Assembly: GCA_965235115.1 (NCBI GenBank)
Contig: OZ249436.1
Span: forward strand, 6,884,001 to 6,944,000
Length of the DNA: 60,000 nucleotides
Source of the DNA: Laetmonice hystrix
Taxonomy: Eukaryota
Direction of reading: 5' to 3'
Below the pieces are notes generated by a model that was given only the letters and a program-made list of their open reading frames with translations, did no database searches and was not told the DNA's origin. The position numbers were made by a program, and so were the translations under genes. Of the stretch, positions 37,171 through 50,597 are shown in pieces; the first letter of the stretch is position 1; each line of letters opens with the position of its first letter.

Positions 37171-40100
37171 TAAAGAACTCTGGCTGAATAGAAGCGTACA
37201 CAAGCAACAACATTAATAAGTGATGGCCTCTGAATTGACTTTCGAAATTCGCACTTAGATTATCCTTTCAAGTGAACACTGTTCATTTCAATCTAAATTA
37301 TGTACGAGATGTACAATAAAGGCTTGGACGTCTGCCAGACTGACGATCATGTGGTACTGGCTAACACAGCGTCTGGATTCATTGTACCTATCAGTCACTT
37401 TGAAAACCTACATAACCGACATCATATATTACTTGGTGTCAATGTCTAGATCTACGCCACCATGTGGCGATTCTCCCCGTCTGTCTCCTGACTAGGCGAC
37501 TTGTTACTTTCTCTTCCACACATCAGACGCCCCTCCCATGTTTTTGCAAGCTCTATGCAAAAATAAATAGCTGTTCAATCAATACAGCGCAGTGTAAAAA
37601 CTGCATTTGTGCCATTCATATGCAGATCCACTTAAGAGTTGATGTTGCGTGTTCACATGCTTTGTTTATTCCCATGTGATCAAACCACAGTTTCAATGCA
37701 TCAAATACAAAAAGCACAGCTGGCACATCCATACCAACATCATTGTAGTATTTTACAAATACGCCTTTTTAACGTGTCTGCTGGCTTTTCAAAATCCGTT
37801 AAAACAAATTTGTTTCTCGATGTGAAAGAGACGTCCGGTACCAAATAATGTTGAACATCTTCACCGAATCTATAACTTGAAGGTAGTACTTGATATGGAC
37901 TGGCCAGGTACACTTACAAACATGTATGCCATGTCCTGGGGACATGTTTTTCTTTCACTAACATAATGTTAGAGGTCAATAAACCAAACACTCTGTAGAT
38001 ATGCTATCACAGTGCACTGCTATAAAATAACAATCAAATATATCCAGCTTGATTTATTCGCTGTTTCTAATTGCTGTCTGACACTGTACTGCATTACTAG
38101 TGTGGTGAAATCATAAAATAGACATGGCCCTAAGCTACAAGGTATTTCATATTCGTAAACTGGACAATTGTTAACACAGGCATAAAATGGCTTACTGTCG
38201 AACCACATGTGTCATCCAACAGTGGGTATATGGATACCTTCCATACACAGCAGCAATTCGTTGTAGTAAATCTGAAACGTGTTACTGCCACAAATATACC
38301 TGGTCAATGAGCCTGACAGGAACTGCCTTGTCGAACATAGGCGTCAGACAACAGTAATACTGTTAGACCACCCAAACTGTCCTGAACTTAATGTGAAACA
38401 TATCTATTAACACTTAGAGTTATGGTGAGAGTACAAAGCAGTACACTCTATGTTGCTAGGTGCATGTCCGTATCCAGCCCGACTGCATTATCTTCTGACC
38501 TCATAAATCTCCTCTACCACATACCCATGCACGACAACAGGCGATATACATTGTTCAATCTCTCTAAATGCTTTAAAAGCATCCCAATGGGGCTCGTCGG
38601 AATGACTGCCCCCAGTAATGTCTGGGGAATCGATGGCTTTGGTCGAAGCTCTTTGGTTCGATTAATTGGTTAGCCAAATGGCAGCCCCATTTTGCCTTAT
38701 TTACGCAGGATGCGTCCTGTGTGGGTATAGTCTCAGGCACAACCATTACGTAGTAATAAAACTGTGGATGGATCTTACATTGAGACGCACGCACAGCTAA
38801 CATAGTAGTTAGAGGAATCATGTAGTTGATTGGTACAGCCATTGGCCTGCCAGCTTCCAATTCACAGTCCGACTAGCCCCACGCACGCTGCTCGCATCTA
38901 ATCCAAATCCACTTTTAAAATATTCATAATCTCCACCGCCCTACCCCATGCACGAGCGAAACGGGCAGGGTGGATAGCAAAAAAAACAGCACTGAGTTAG
39001 CGAATGGCCAATAACCAGTGGACTGATACCAGGCCTACATGGAATGCATTAGTTGATCAAAGCATTCTACCATCGAACCATCATCGAGCAAACCACAAAG
39101 GCCACAAACTCAGCTTCCCGCACCAAGCACCAATTCAGTTCGTGCAGCATTTTACCTCATGTGCAATATGTCAGCGAAATTGTAGCAAAATCACAAGCAC
39201 TCACAATTACTGACCATTACCCTGCATAGCAACCAGTGGGAAATCGTCCAATTTTCTCTCGAGAAACTGGGTCTACAGCTCGACTTCCTTGCGTTATGTA
39301 TTGACTTTTTTCCTTTCGATTAGCGAGGGTAAACTGTGTAGAATAGCTAAGCAGAAAAACAACCTTGCCAGTTGAGAAACTGGATTTGCTGAGAAGGGAC
39401 AATGTTTGAGTGGTGTTCACACACTGCGCGCGGTCACCCTCATTCTCCACATCATTTCTCCTCGACAACCACGTCCATTATCGGAGAATGAGTCCCACCC
39501 TGAGGAACCCTGCTGGATGATGATGGCCTCCAGATCCTGACCAGAATCCATGGAAACCTCTGGACTTAGTCCACACAGGAACTGACCCACACACCCCTCT
39601 ACACACCCTAACCCACCCAGTGTGAACACAGCCAAGCATGTCTTTATCCCAGGAGGAGCCACTGCTGCCCCAACTCTAGGCCCACCCCAAACACAATACC
39701 GCTTAATTCGGGATAGGAATCAGCCCCTAGAGAAATCATTACGTGAAACTACCATCGGAAATAACAGTAATTACTCTTCCATTTTCTCGTATGCCCTTCA
39801 TTTACAGTGGGGCCCTGGTCCAGAAAAGGTTAAGACCACAAGTTTTGACCCCTCAGATTTGTGTTTGATGGAACAAGTCTGTTTGGTAGCCCCTAACTAT
39901 CAGCTCCCAGCTCTGTTAGTGGCGGGTCGACAGAGAGAGGGAGAGACGGAAAATATCGGTTTGTTCGAGCCAGGGAGGCAACTTGGTGTGGGCACTGCAG
40001 TGTTATCAATTCACTAAGGAAAGCAGATACTGGCACTTTATAATGAATCTTTACAAAATCTGTTATTGTAATTTGACCAGTACATAAATAATTACATTAT

Positions 40101-40320
40101 AAGAACACTTGGACTATTACCGTATCTATGGTTATGGATTTCATTGAAATAAAAGATAGCCGTGCCATGTTGGCTTTATTGGCGAGTATTATGTTTTGCT
40201 GGTGACCAACTTTGTTTTCCTCCCGCGAGATGTTACTTTCCAGTTTATCATTGGACACACTACCCATCAGTAGTCGGTTATATTTAAGTTGATATGGATT
40301 CTCCCTGTCTATCCAATTAC

Positions 40321-40352
40321 TTGTGAAGATCGTCCAGACTCTCTAACGCCAT
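40321..40352 (-). CDS. Candidate first coding exon (MALESLDDLH plus phase-2 donor), product unknown
   Basis: Minus strand aaatATGGCG has a good Kozak context and gives 32 coding nt followed by CAA|GTAATT. Upstream lie a purine-rich leader, a TATA-like TTTATAAG (40485-40492), a CACGTG near 40638 and GACCAATCA near 40677. No downstream exon identified. Confidence 0.2.
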
Positions 40353-42386
40353 ATTTTGTCCTACTTCACACAAATGGACTATTTATTCGTTGTCGCTCTT
40401 TCTCTCTGATTTCTGATCTTCCTTTTCTCCTTCCTTCTTGAGTTAAGCACCAGGCTTTACTTTTGGTGCGCTGCACTTCTGTTTCTTATAAACGCGTCCC
40501 GGCCCATCCACTGCTAAAACAACTGGCACACAAACAAGGCAGAATGTCTGCTCAGTTTGTGAGAAGTTTGATAGTACTTTGACCTTGATCGTTTGACCTT
40601 TTCATCGAGACGTTAACGTGTCTCGGTAGGGTTCACACACGTGTGCTTGATTTCCTCCCCTTGTGCTAACAGCCCTGACCAATCAAAGAGCGAGCTGTTC
40701 TTCATGTAGCTGTATTAGATGAAGCTAATATACAGTCACATGGTCGGAACCTGATCAAATGGCCTCCTTCACATCTGGCACGGGTTACGCTACAGTGTTT
40801 TATTCGCTCTTTACCATATTTTAATGCTTTGGTCTGATGCTGACTTTCATGAACGTATTGAATTATATAATTACATTATCCCACGGATTCTGGCTAGTCA
40901 TGTACCGGTTTCAAGGTGTTTAATTTCATAGAATTCTGGGCAATATCATTCAAATTTAGAAATATCAAAAGAAGTGAAGACTGTTTTGATTTTGCGCAGT
41001 GCCAGGTCTGATTTCGGTGGGGATTTGTGTGGAGGTGTGGTTGTTACGCATGGCTGACTCCTGCCTCTATCGACTTTCCAACCTCCGCCTTATTTCTGTG
41101 CGCCCTCTAACATTGACCCCCGATACATTCATCGCCCGCCCTCCACTTCCCCCCACGCCATCCCCCGACATATCTATTTCACATTTTGTGGCAGTAGGAC
41201 CAGCTGAAAGTGCTTACTGTGTCAGTTCCAACTTGTTCCCGCGACCAATGTCTCTGGTAGTTGTTAGAGAGATTCCAGTTGAATGCTGCACTAATCTCCT
41301 TTATGTGGCGTCCATTGACGCTCTGATGTCGCTGTAAGAATGGCCAGAGACAGGTCAAAGAGGCCGCATACTGCCAGGTGGAGCTTGTAGGAGTCAATAA
41401 GGACCCAGGGTCAAGACCTTTGTCATTTCATGACCTTCTAGTTATGACGGGCTCCAAACCATTCCCGTATTCGTTACCTTCTACTGAATAATGATGACAA
41501 CACTGCATCAATGTGACTGTCAAAACGTAGAGCGTAAAGAAATTCTGGTCCTCATTACTGCATCCAAACTGTTACCATACTGACCTGACCTTTATTTGAC
41601 ATATGACAAAATAATGCATAGTCTTCATCCAATTTCACTTAGATTTCACTAGAAGAGAAGTTTTTTCAGAGTGATCAGTCACAAAATATCAGAAGTAATC
41701 ACTGCCTTACAACTCTATGGTGAGCGTTATGTTGTAACTGAAGTTTTCAATTCTTCCATGATGAGTAAGAAGGATAGTAGGAGGCGAGTTCACAATGTGT
41801 ACCGTCGTATTTCATTCCGCTGTTGATTGGCGGTCACATGAACTGTACAAACCTTTGGGTGTTCATTTCACAAACACTGCCTCTCCCTACACGACGGGAT
41901 ACTTTGTCATCGTCGGGCTTGTGCTCACAATATTTCTCAGACTGGTCATCTATTTCTAGGATGGTCAGGGCCTCATGATTCAGGCGAGCTGTCTCCAGGG
42001 TTGACCTGAGTAATTTCTCAGACTTTCGGTCACGACCCACTCTAGGGCGGCAGTTATCAGTGACTGAGGTGGAACTAGTTCGAGGGATGGAGGAGTTGAC
42101 TGGGCTGGTGGTGTGTACAGTTAAACAAGATCTACCACTCTCACCAAATCACATCTTTATATGTCCCAGCATTTCCTGAATTAGTCTTGAAGCAAATTTC
42201 GTCACATTTTGACTTTTTGAACCTCATTTACACAACTCTGTATTAGTAATATACCACACCGTAATATTTAGCTGTTCCTCAGTTTCTCGGCAACATGTCG
42301 ACTCACTGTTGGTCCAGACTTCGATATCCTGGACGAGGCAGAACATCACAGACGTCCAATGCACGCAATAATCACGGATTTGTTAA

Positions 42387-42505
42387 AGCCATAATGTTCT
42401 GCGACACTTAAACTGAACCCGTGGAAAAGTAGAGAAAAGGCCCCGTAGATCAGATGACAGAAGATCTCTAAATTATCCACTTTTATAAATCCGAGATTAG
42501 AGGCT
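42387..42505. mobile_element. Possible decayed short TTAA-flanked foldback MITE
   Basis: TTAA|AGCCATAAT ... ATTAGAGGCT|TTAA, plus an internal inverted pair GTGGAAAAGTAGAGA / TCTCTAAATTATCCAC. Confidence 0.25.
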
Positions 42506-45250
42506 TTAACCTCCGCTTACTTGCCATTGTAGTAAGTGTTCAAGGGTAAGCTGATGTATAGAGACAACTGTCAGCCTACAACAGATTAGGATATGATGTA
42601 TGCCACCAAGACAAAGCGTTTCTAAATCATCAATATGACTACACTACTGGTCGACATCAAAGCTACTGTCCAGAAATGTCTTAACGTTTCTGGTGGCACC
42701 AATAGGTCATGTTGAAACTTTCCGACCACCTTGTTATTGGAAATCTCCGAAATATTGCGAGTCAAAGGTTTCCAATGTCTCGGGACGTTTTTGTCTCATT
42801 GTCTCTTGTACCCTTTGACCTTTCCCGGCCTTTCATAACAGTACAGAACTCCTAGAGGTTATATGACACCTAGTACTGATAATTAGATGGCTATGCGTTG
42901 AATTGTCTGATTTTGTCATAATTGTGATAATCAGTTGATAACCTTTTATCTCATAAACATATCAACGTCATTGAACAGATCTGACCTCAACGTTAATAAA
43001 TATACGGCGGTGCCTGTTGGGACGCTGGTTTGGGGGACGTCCTTCCGTGAGACGCAGTGACGAAATGACAAACGTCATCTAAATTTAGCGATTGCGCGTG
43101 GTCGGTTGGTGAGACGTGACGAGCGGCAGGCAGTGATGCTACTTCTGTGGATGACGACGTTACGACTTATCTTCATGCCTGACTGGTCGCGCTCACCACG
43201 CATCATTGACCCCGAGAGCCGAGCGCCGTGGGAGGTTCGTGTATACTGGTAAACCGCTGAAAGCGCTCTCGTGGAGGAAATATCAAATGAGTTCATTGAG
43301 ACATTGGCTTCACTCGGCGCCAGTCATTCGTGGATAATTTGACAGCGAGACAATGAGCTGGATTAAGGAAGCTTAAGTGGTCTAGTAAACAGATTAAAGG
43401 CTCATCGACGAGGATTAGGCTCTTTCTTAGCTGCTGGTCTTTCTATTGCCAAGACAGTCACTAATGGAGAAATAACTTGTATCAAAGTCTATCAATTCCG
43501 GCATATATGCTAAGAAGAGGGGACTTTGCCATCAGTCTCTTTACTCCCCTCCCCCCCATTTTTCAAAAGACTGTGCTCGCCTCAGAGGCTAGAGCTATGT
43601 CTGGACAGAGGATTTTTCTTAGGACAAGTTAGAAGTACTGTATCAGTTTGGACAACTAGAACTGAAAAACCCAAAAGACATATTTCATGAGTTCCTTGAA
43701 CACCAGGATATACGTTACCACTGATTTTCTCATGAATCGTTCCACACCTTTTCTTAGCCAATACAAAGATTTCAAATTTTTGCCTTTTGGAGTGACCATG
43801 GACCCAATCAAAGATCAGTGGCAATCATGAGTTCCTCATTTCCACATTGAGTGTGTGATAGCATGGTTGATCCAGAATACCCTCGCCAGGTTCTGATAGG
43901 ATCTGTGTGGATGATCCACCTAAGGGACCACCTACAACAACACTGCTGAGGGAGAGCCCCTCTACACTAACACACGCCCCACGCCGACCCTCCTGTCGAA
44001 CCACAGGCTGGCTATTTGTGTAGATGTCGCTCATGGACCGCTCCAGGCCACAATCCGATCAATGCTGGTGATAACTGATGTCTAAAAATCACAAATCTAT
44101 GATATTCATTTATTTTTCAAGCACTAAGAACGCTCTACCTCTGACCTCTGGGGCAGGTGATTTTATTTGAGGGCAGAAAAGTTTTAACAAACTTCCACCA
44201 GTCTCACAGTGGGAAAGGTCAAAGGGCAACGGGCAAGGGTTGCTGAGTACAAACTAAAACAAGTTATTCCCGGCTGTAAGGCCACTATCAAAGATTAAGG
44301 AGACAAACATAAGCAACCGATTTTTTTTTAATCTGGGCGTATCTTGAAGTTATCCAGTTTTTTGTAAAGAATCTAATTTCCCAGTACACTGCCAAAGATC
44401 TCAGCTGTCCTCTTGCTTCATGACTTCGTGTAAAAAATCTGACTTAGGGTAACTCTTCCCCTTCCCGCTCACAGCTGGCGCCGTGAACAAGTACACTACA
44501 TCTGTGGCCCTTTTCATTCGACACAAACCGTTTTATACATGACAACATGGGAACACAAGGACGACTATAGACCTCGGGAAAACAGAATGTCAAACCATTC
44601 AACACCTGCCGCTTAGCATGCACTCCGACTGACAAACAGACCTATACCGGGGCCCATCTCCACAGTTTAAACACCCACTATAGGACGGTCCCTGAGATCG
44701 ATATTAAAATCAAATTCCTTTCTAACTACAATATGGCAAAGGTCACTTATTGAGCAAAATGTACGGCTGCAATGATAGGGGGAAATGTGGGCCGTTTATG
44801 AAAAATACAAATACAAGAGAGCTACTGTAACAGTATGGTATTGAGATACCCAATGGGCCTACATTTCTAAACTGCATGACAAGCGGCCATGGTAGGAAAT
44901 GGGTTACTAAACAGTTATTGCAGGCAATTAGGATTCCTAGAATCAATATTGTTACTGTGCACATAAAGTATCAGCAGGGGAGCAGAACCTCTAGGAAAAA
45001 AGGCTAGTCAATCATGATATGAAAATGAAATCTCATATTCCTGACCAGGGTCTTTGGTCAAAAAACAATGAAACTCGGATATTTTCCATCAGTTCCACTA
45101 TGTGCACCCTTGTGGTTCACGACCTACTATGAGCTGGCATTGTGCCAACAACTGTAGCTGGCGTAATGGTGATTTTGTTGTTACAAACAAATGCACACAA
45201 TCAATGAGGATGGCTGGCACACTCTTCATCTTGTCGTTATGTATTAGAGT

Positions 45251-45555
45251 ATCCAGTATTACACCAGTCACTCACTGCTATGTTAACCATCCAGTATTAC
45301 ACCAGTCACTCACTGCTATGTTAACCATCCAGTATTACACCAGTCACTCACTGCCATGTTAACCATCCAGTATTACACCAGTCACTCACTGCCATGTTAA
45401 CCATCCAGTATTACACCAGTCACTCACTGCCATATTAACCATCCAGTATTACACCAGTCACTCACTGCCATATAAACCATCCAGTATTACACCAGTCACT
45501 CACTGCTATGTTAACCATCCAGTATTACACCAGTCACTCACTGCCATGTTAACCA
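45251..45555. repeat. 38-bp minisatellite, 8 units
   Basis: Unit CATCCAGTATTACACCAGTCACTCACTGC(T/C)ATGTTAAC. Confidence 0.97.
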
Positions 45556-45942
45556 ACAACACTATGAACCTGATGACGACTACTTCAAGTAGTCGTTGTT
45601 TCCTGATGTAAATCACAAGACCCACTGAAATGCAGTTGTTATGGAAACATTCATTTTTACTGGAGGACATAGACCTGCCCCTACCTGATGTGGATTGTAC
45701 TTAATGACCCTACAGGGGGAGTTATGGGGATGGAATCCGGCACGGAAAGGGAAATCAAAGTTGTGTCTGCGGGGTTTAGAGGAGAAAGCCGACCAGAGAG
45801 GATGCTGGAGGTGGGGGCTGGGGTTGTGACGCTGCGTGTCTCTGGTCGTCTGGACGCCGGCAGTGCAGTGACATGACAGACGTTTGCGTGACTACACAAG
45901 GCCTGTATGTCACCAGTGTTGTCAACCGACACGGCACCCGCC

Positions 45943-46663
45943 ACCTGATCCGACCGAGCCCGGCAGCCCGGCACACCTGAGTCCGGCCGGGCCCCCTCCC
46001 TACTTCCCGGCACACCTGAGTCCGGCCGGGCCCCCTCCCACATCATCGGGCCTCACCTGTGTCCGACTACGGCCCCCTCCCACATCATCGGGCCTCCCCT
46101 GTCTCCGACCACGGCCCCCTCCCACATCATCGGCCCTCACCTGTGTCCGACCACGGCCCCCTCCCACATCATCGGGCCTCACCTGTGTCCGACCACGGCC
46201 CCCTCCCACATCATCGGGCCTCACCTGTGTCCGACCACGGCCCCCTCACACATAATCGGGCCTCATCTGAGTCCGGCCACGGTCCCCTCCCCACCTCCCG
46301 GCCTCATCTGTGTCCGACTACGGCCCCCTCCCCACCTCCCGGCCTCACCTGTGTCCGACCACGGCCCCAACCCCACCTCCCGGCCTCACCTGTGTCCGAC
46401 CACGGCCACCTCCCCACCTCCCGGCCTCACCTGTGTCCGACCACGGCCCCAACCCCACCTCCCGGCCTCACCTGTGTCCGACCACGGCCACCTCCCACAT
46501 CATCGGGCCTCATCTCCCGGCCCACCTGTGTCCGACCACGGCCCCAACCCCACATCCCGGCCTCACCTGTGTCCGACCACGGCCACCTCCCCACCTCCCG
46601 GCCTCACCTGTGTCCGACCACGGCCACCTCCCCACCTCCCGGCCTCACCTGTGTCCGACCACG
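45943..46663. repeat. C-rich 41/42-bp minisatellite, about 17 units, with graded unit types
   Basis: Core GGCCTCACCTGTGTCCGACCACGGCC followed by CCCTCCCACATCATC on the left or ACCTCCCCACCTCC / CCAACCCCACCTCC on the right. Confidence 0.95.
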
Positions 46664-47013
46664 GTACAGTAACAAATACCACACTCCCGACCTCTCGGCC
46701 TATTTATTTCGTAAACCATTAGCAACCCGTTAGATAAAACATTACAACTTTTGATATAACATGAACTGAGATCATTAAATTCCCATTATCGAACCTGATG
46801 ATATCCAATTCCAGTCCTTCTCTCATCCTAATGACCCGGTACAAATTCTACTTAACGAGTTGGTTACATTGAACATATAAATGAGACCATATTGTTGGGG
46901 TTATACATTGAACATATGATAACATTCCTCCAGCGGAGGGCTTGATGACTATGGTAATTCTGAAGGTCATGAGATTTATAACAAAGGGCGGGGTGGAGAC
47001 AAAATTCTGTTTT

Positions 47014-47118
47014 TGAAGATCACTCTGCCCTTGTTAACCCACAACTACTGATTATCTCAGAGAAGTGAAGATCACTCTGCCCTTGTTAACCCACAACTAC
47101 TGATTATCTCAGAGAAGT
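47014..47118. repeat. 52-bp two-copy tandem duplication
   Basis: TGAAGATCACTCTGCCCTTGTTAACCCACAACTACTGATTATCTCAGAGAAG at 47014 and 47066. Confidence 0.95.
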
Positions 47119-47251
47119 AGCTACCTCCTGGTCCCATCATCAAACATTACAACGATGTTGACCTTGCTATTTTAGGTGCATTTATTCAACAATTTCCCCC
47201 TGATATAACGTGGATTCTGGCATGACTTTACAGAGGATCACGACCTGTCCC

Positions 47252-47528
47252 CAGTGGCGGATCCCGGGGGGGGGGGGGGGGGCACCCGGCCCGGGTCCCC
47301 TCTATTTTCCAAACTCTAGCCTATTTTCTACGTTTCGTGCTTAAAAATAATGGAATTTCATTGAAAGATTTGGGAGAAATTTCTACTCTACATGTTCAGA
47401 AAACACGTCTCCAACGTTCCTGAAAAAGAAATTCTGGGGGTGGGCCCCCAGACCCCCCAAAATAGGCCACTGATTATCCATCACAAGGTGCCCCCCCCCC
47501 CCTTTCTGAAATCCTGGATCCGCCACTG
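47252..47528. mobile_element. hAT-like MITE (277 bp) with 13-bp perfect TIRs and a 5-bp TSD
   Basis: GTCCC|CAGTGGCGGATCC ... GGATCCGCCACTG|GTCCC, with subterminal poly-G and poly-C runs. Confidence 0.88.
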
Positions 47529-50439
47529 GTCCCACTGGGAAACATTCCACCAAACGGATTCAAGGCTATACATTGTATAGTCGGAAAGTCGCAAGGTTAC
47601 CGAGAGCAGGAGCAAGAACATGACCGTTTCATACTGACTGGCTCTGCGGAAACCCTTCCCAACCATATATCGTTATTGTTTATATCTTTACAGTTTGAAA
47701 AGTTTGACTACACTTGAGTTTGATTGAGAATAGATCTGATGCACGAAGACTACATCCTTTTATCAGTTTATGACGGCAAACTGTATCACGACCACTGGAA
47801 GCACCGACCGCTTGCACTGACACCTAGTGGCACAGCTCGGAAACCCATCGCCCTGTCTCTCTTACTTGTAGTCTGTAGTTATTTCGTAGTTTGGCAAAAT
47901 ATAATTTTAAAAGATCTTATTTGCATTTAATAAATAAAGGCACTGGAATTTGAGCATATAGAAACGTTCGCTTGTTTAGGCTGCTGAAAAGAGTTGATCT
48001 TGCAAGAGACTGTTTACTGGGGCAGGCTAAAATTGTCTGTCTTGTTTTTTTTTGTTTTCTCCCCTAGAACATAGGTCTAGCAGGTGGTTGGCCAATAATT
48101 ACCATAAATCACTAGGTATGTCCTTACAGTTGACCCCCTCAGCCAAGTCTCCTCTCAATCTGTGAGAGCATTTCAACAGTTTATCATTCAACCACGGTCA
48201 TTTATCTCTCTCAGTACCAACAAAAATCAACATCAATCCAGGTACCATGGCTGACCTCAAGTTGAACTTTAAGTCTCCAGCCACTCTGAATTATTGCTGT
48301 TAAAAGAACAGGAAATAATTTCTAAATTGCACAGAAAGTCATTACATAAGGCAGGGCACCAAAAATGCCACACAAAACTTTAATTTCTTTAATATTCCCA
48401 AATTGAACGATGTCCTTTTTTGTCACATATTCCATTATTTCATGCGTTTCCTGAGGTCACCAACACCATTTAAAGGGCTTGGTAAATAGCTGTTAACACA
48501 GTAAAACATTTCACTCACATTATGTGCAAACTTAGGACATAAATCAAATGGCGACCTTATGTTGTAAACTGGTGGTCTGACGTCCAACGATGGATTTTTT
48601 TCTGTAACTGACGCCAATGACAACAAAGAAAGCATATATTAGGACCACTGCCAGGTGTACCATTTGAAAGTAGTTTTTAACTAATTAGACATCATCTTTG
48701 GTTTTTCACTGCACTGTCGTATATACTGCATCATCATCTCACGTTAAGCACCGTAACATTTACCATTTCTACATGATCCAACATAGAAAGGTTTCATCTG
48801 ACGCAAAAAACAGTTCACTACTGAAAAGCACGAGCCTCCGTTCCTGAAATAAAGTCCACGGTAGTTCAGCAAGATCAATGAAAGATAACTCCATCAAGAA
48901 GGCTTATCAGAACACAAGAAAGGTAAGAAAAAGTTATCAAAATCTTATGAATGTCATGGAAACGCCTGAGAACTAATGAAGAGATACGACATCAGGTCTT
49001 CAATCATGGAGGCACGTCACCACCTGGGTCTGGGCTGTAGTCACCTTCCTCCTTATCAAGTACTCTCCCGACCCTTGCTACAGGGACTCAACCCAAGTGT
49101 TATTTACTGACAAGGTACCAGTCAGGTATGACAGCAATTTTGTCCAACTCTTTCCAAATCATTCAAAAGTTATTACAATAATGGTTCACAGATGTTCACC
49201 CGATTGTGGCCCCTGATAAGCATTTAAACACATCCTGAAAATCTTGTGATCGCCTTTGTGATAGACCCATATAGACGGTAGGCAAAACCTGTCACCTAAT
49301 GGTCCCCAGTGCTGTTGTTTGGGAACCTCTGTACTCTCCGTTTTCCCTTGACAGTTTCCTGCTTCTAGTCTTTAATTTGCCGGCCATTGATAGTGCTTGT
49401 CCCCGGACGAGTTAACTGATAAAATTGTGTTGCCGATAAGCTTTCCAAATGACAGGTTGACAAGAATTGCCATTGAAAGCCTGCGAATTTACATCTCAAG
49501 GTAAGAAGATAATTCGACTCCATTTTGTTCTTAATAACCGAATATCCTCTATCGTCGTTCGTTCAGGTTAAACCATGAATGGGCATGGAAAGATCTGTGT
49601 GTACTGGTTGGCTGGGGGACGGCGTCACTCTCGAGTTTCAGTGAACCTCGTTCACAATCGTAGGCCAGTTATATGTGAAGTTTTTCCATGGTCATTGAAC
49701 AAACTGACTGACAAATTTGTCGTGTGCAGTGCGCCTCAAACATTGCCCTCGGCTATGATGTCCAGCCCGCCCCGCCCGTGGCCTTATTTTATCAGGTAAT
49801 TACTGAACAGACTAATTGGGTCCTGCACAAGACATCTTTATTTGACCACATGGTGCATCGAGTGCATATTCTCCGCTGGACATAGCTTGTCGACCACACC
49901 ATAAATCATCCAGTATGTGACTGGCCTCCGACCCCCTACTAACTCCCGCTACAAAAACTCCTGCTGCCCCCCGGGTCACGTCTGGGGTGGACACACGCAT
50001 ACTTGTACCCCCTACCCTTGTTTATGTCGTTGTTGTGTGCATACCTGCTGTGTGCCCCCACGGAGCGCGGTCAGCACAGTTTGAACCCTGCCCACACCCT
50101 GGTCATCCACGACACATCAAAGCGGGTCCCGGTACCCGCCGCATCTATCAATGATAACCATAACCACCATATCTTGTCAACAGTCCAGACCTAACTTTCA
50201 TTGTCTCCACTTCAATTTTCATCCTGAGAACTTATCTTTCGACCGGGTCCCGTCTAAATTATGACTGCCGGGACAGGCCAAGATCACAGGGATGAACCCA
50301 GACTATCTTTTGTTAGGAGTGGGTAAACTGTTCCCCTTATCTGGATTCAGACTCAACTCCACAAATCAACCGTGATCCCTGAAGGCTGTAACCACGTCCT
50401 ATCCAAGTGTGTAGAATGTACGATAATTCTACCTACAGG

Positions 50440-50597
50440 CAATCCATTCTGCTGACAGCACTGTGACCAGCCAATCCATTCTCCTGGCAGCACTGTGACC
50501 AGCCAATCCATTCTCCTGACAGCACTGTGACCAGCCAATCCATTCTCCTGACAGCACTGTGACCAGCCAATCCATTCTCCTGACAGCACTGTGACCA
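50440..50597. repeat. 32-bp minisatellite, about 5 units
   Basis: Unit CAATCCATTCTCCTGACAGCACTGTGACCAGC. Confidence 0.96.

Noticed and set aside
45571..45600. CTGATGA followed by the hairpin GACTAC/GTAGTC
   Set aside because: It lacks the GAAA and UH half of a hammerhead core, so it is only a short hairpin.
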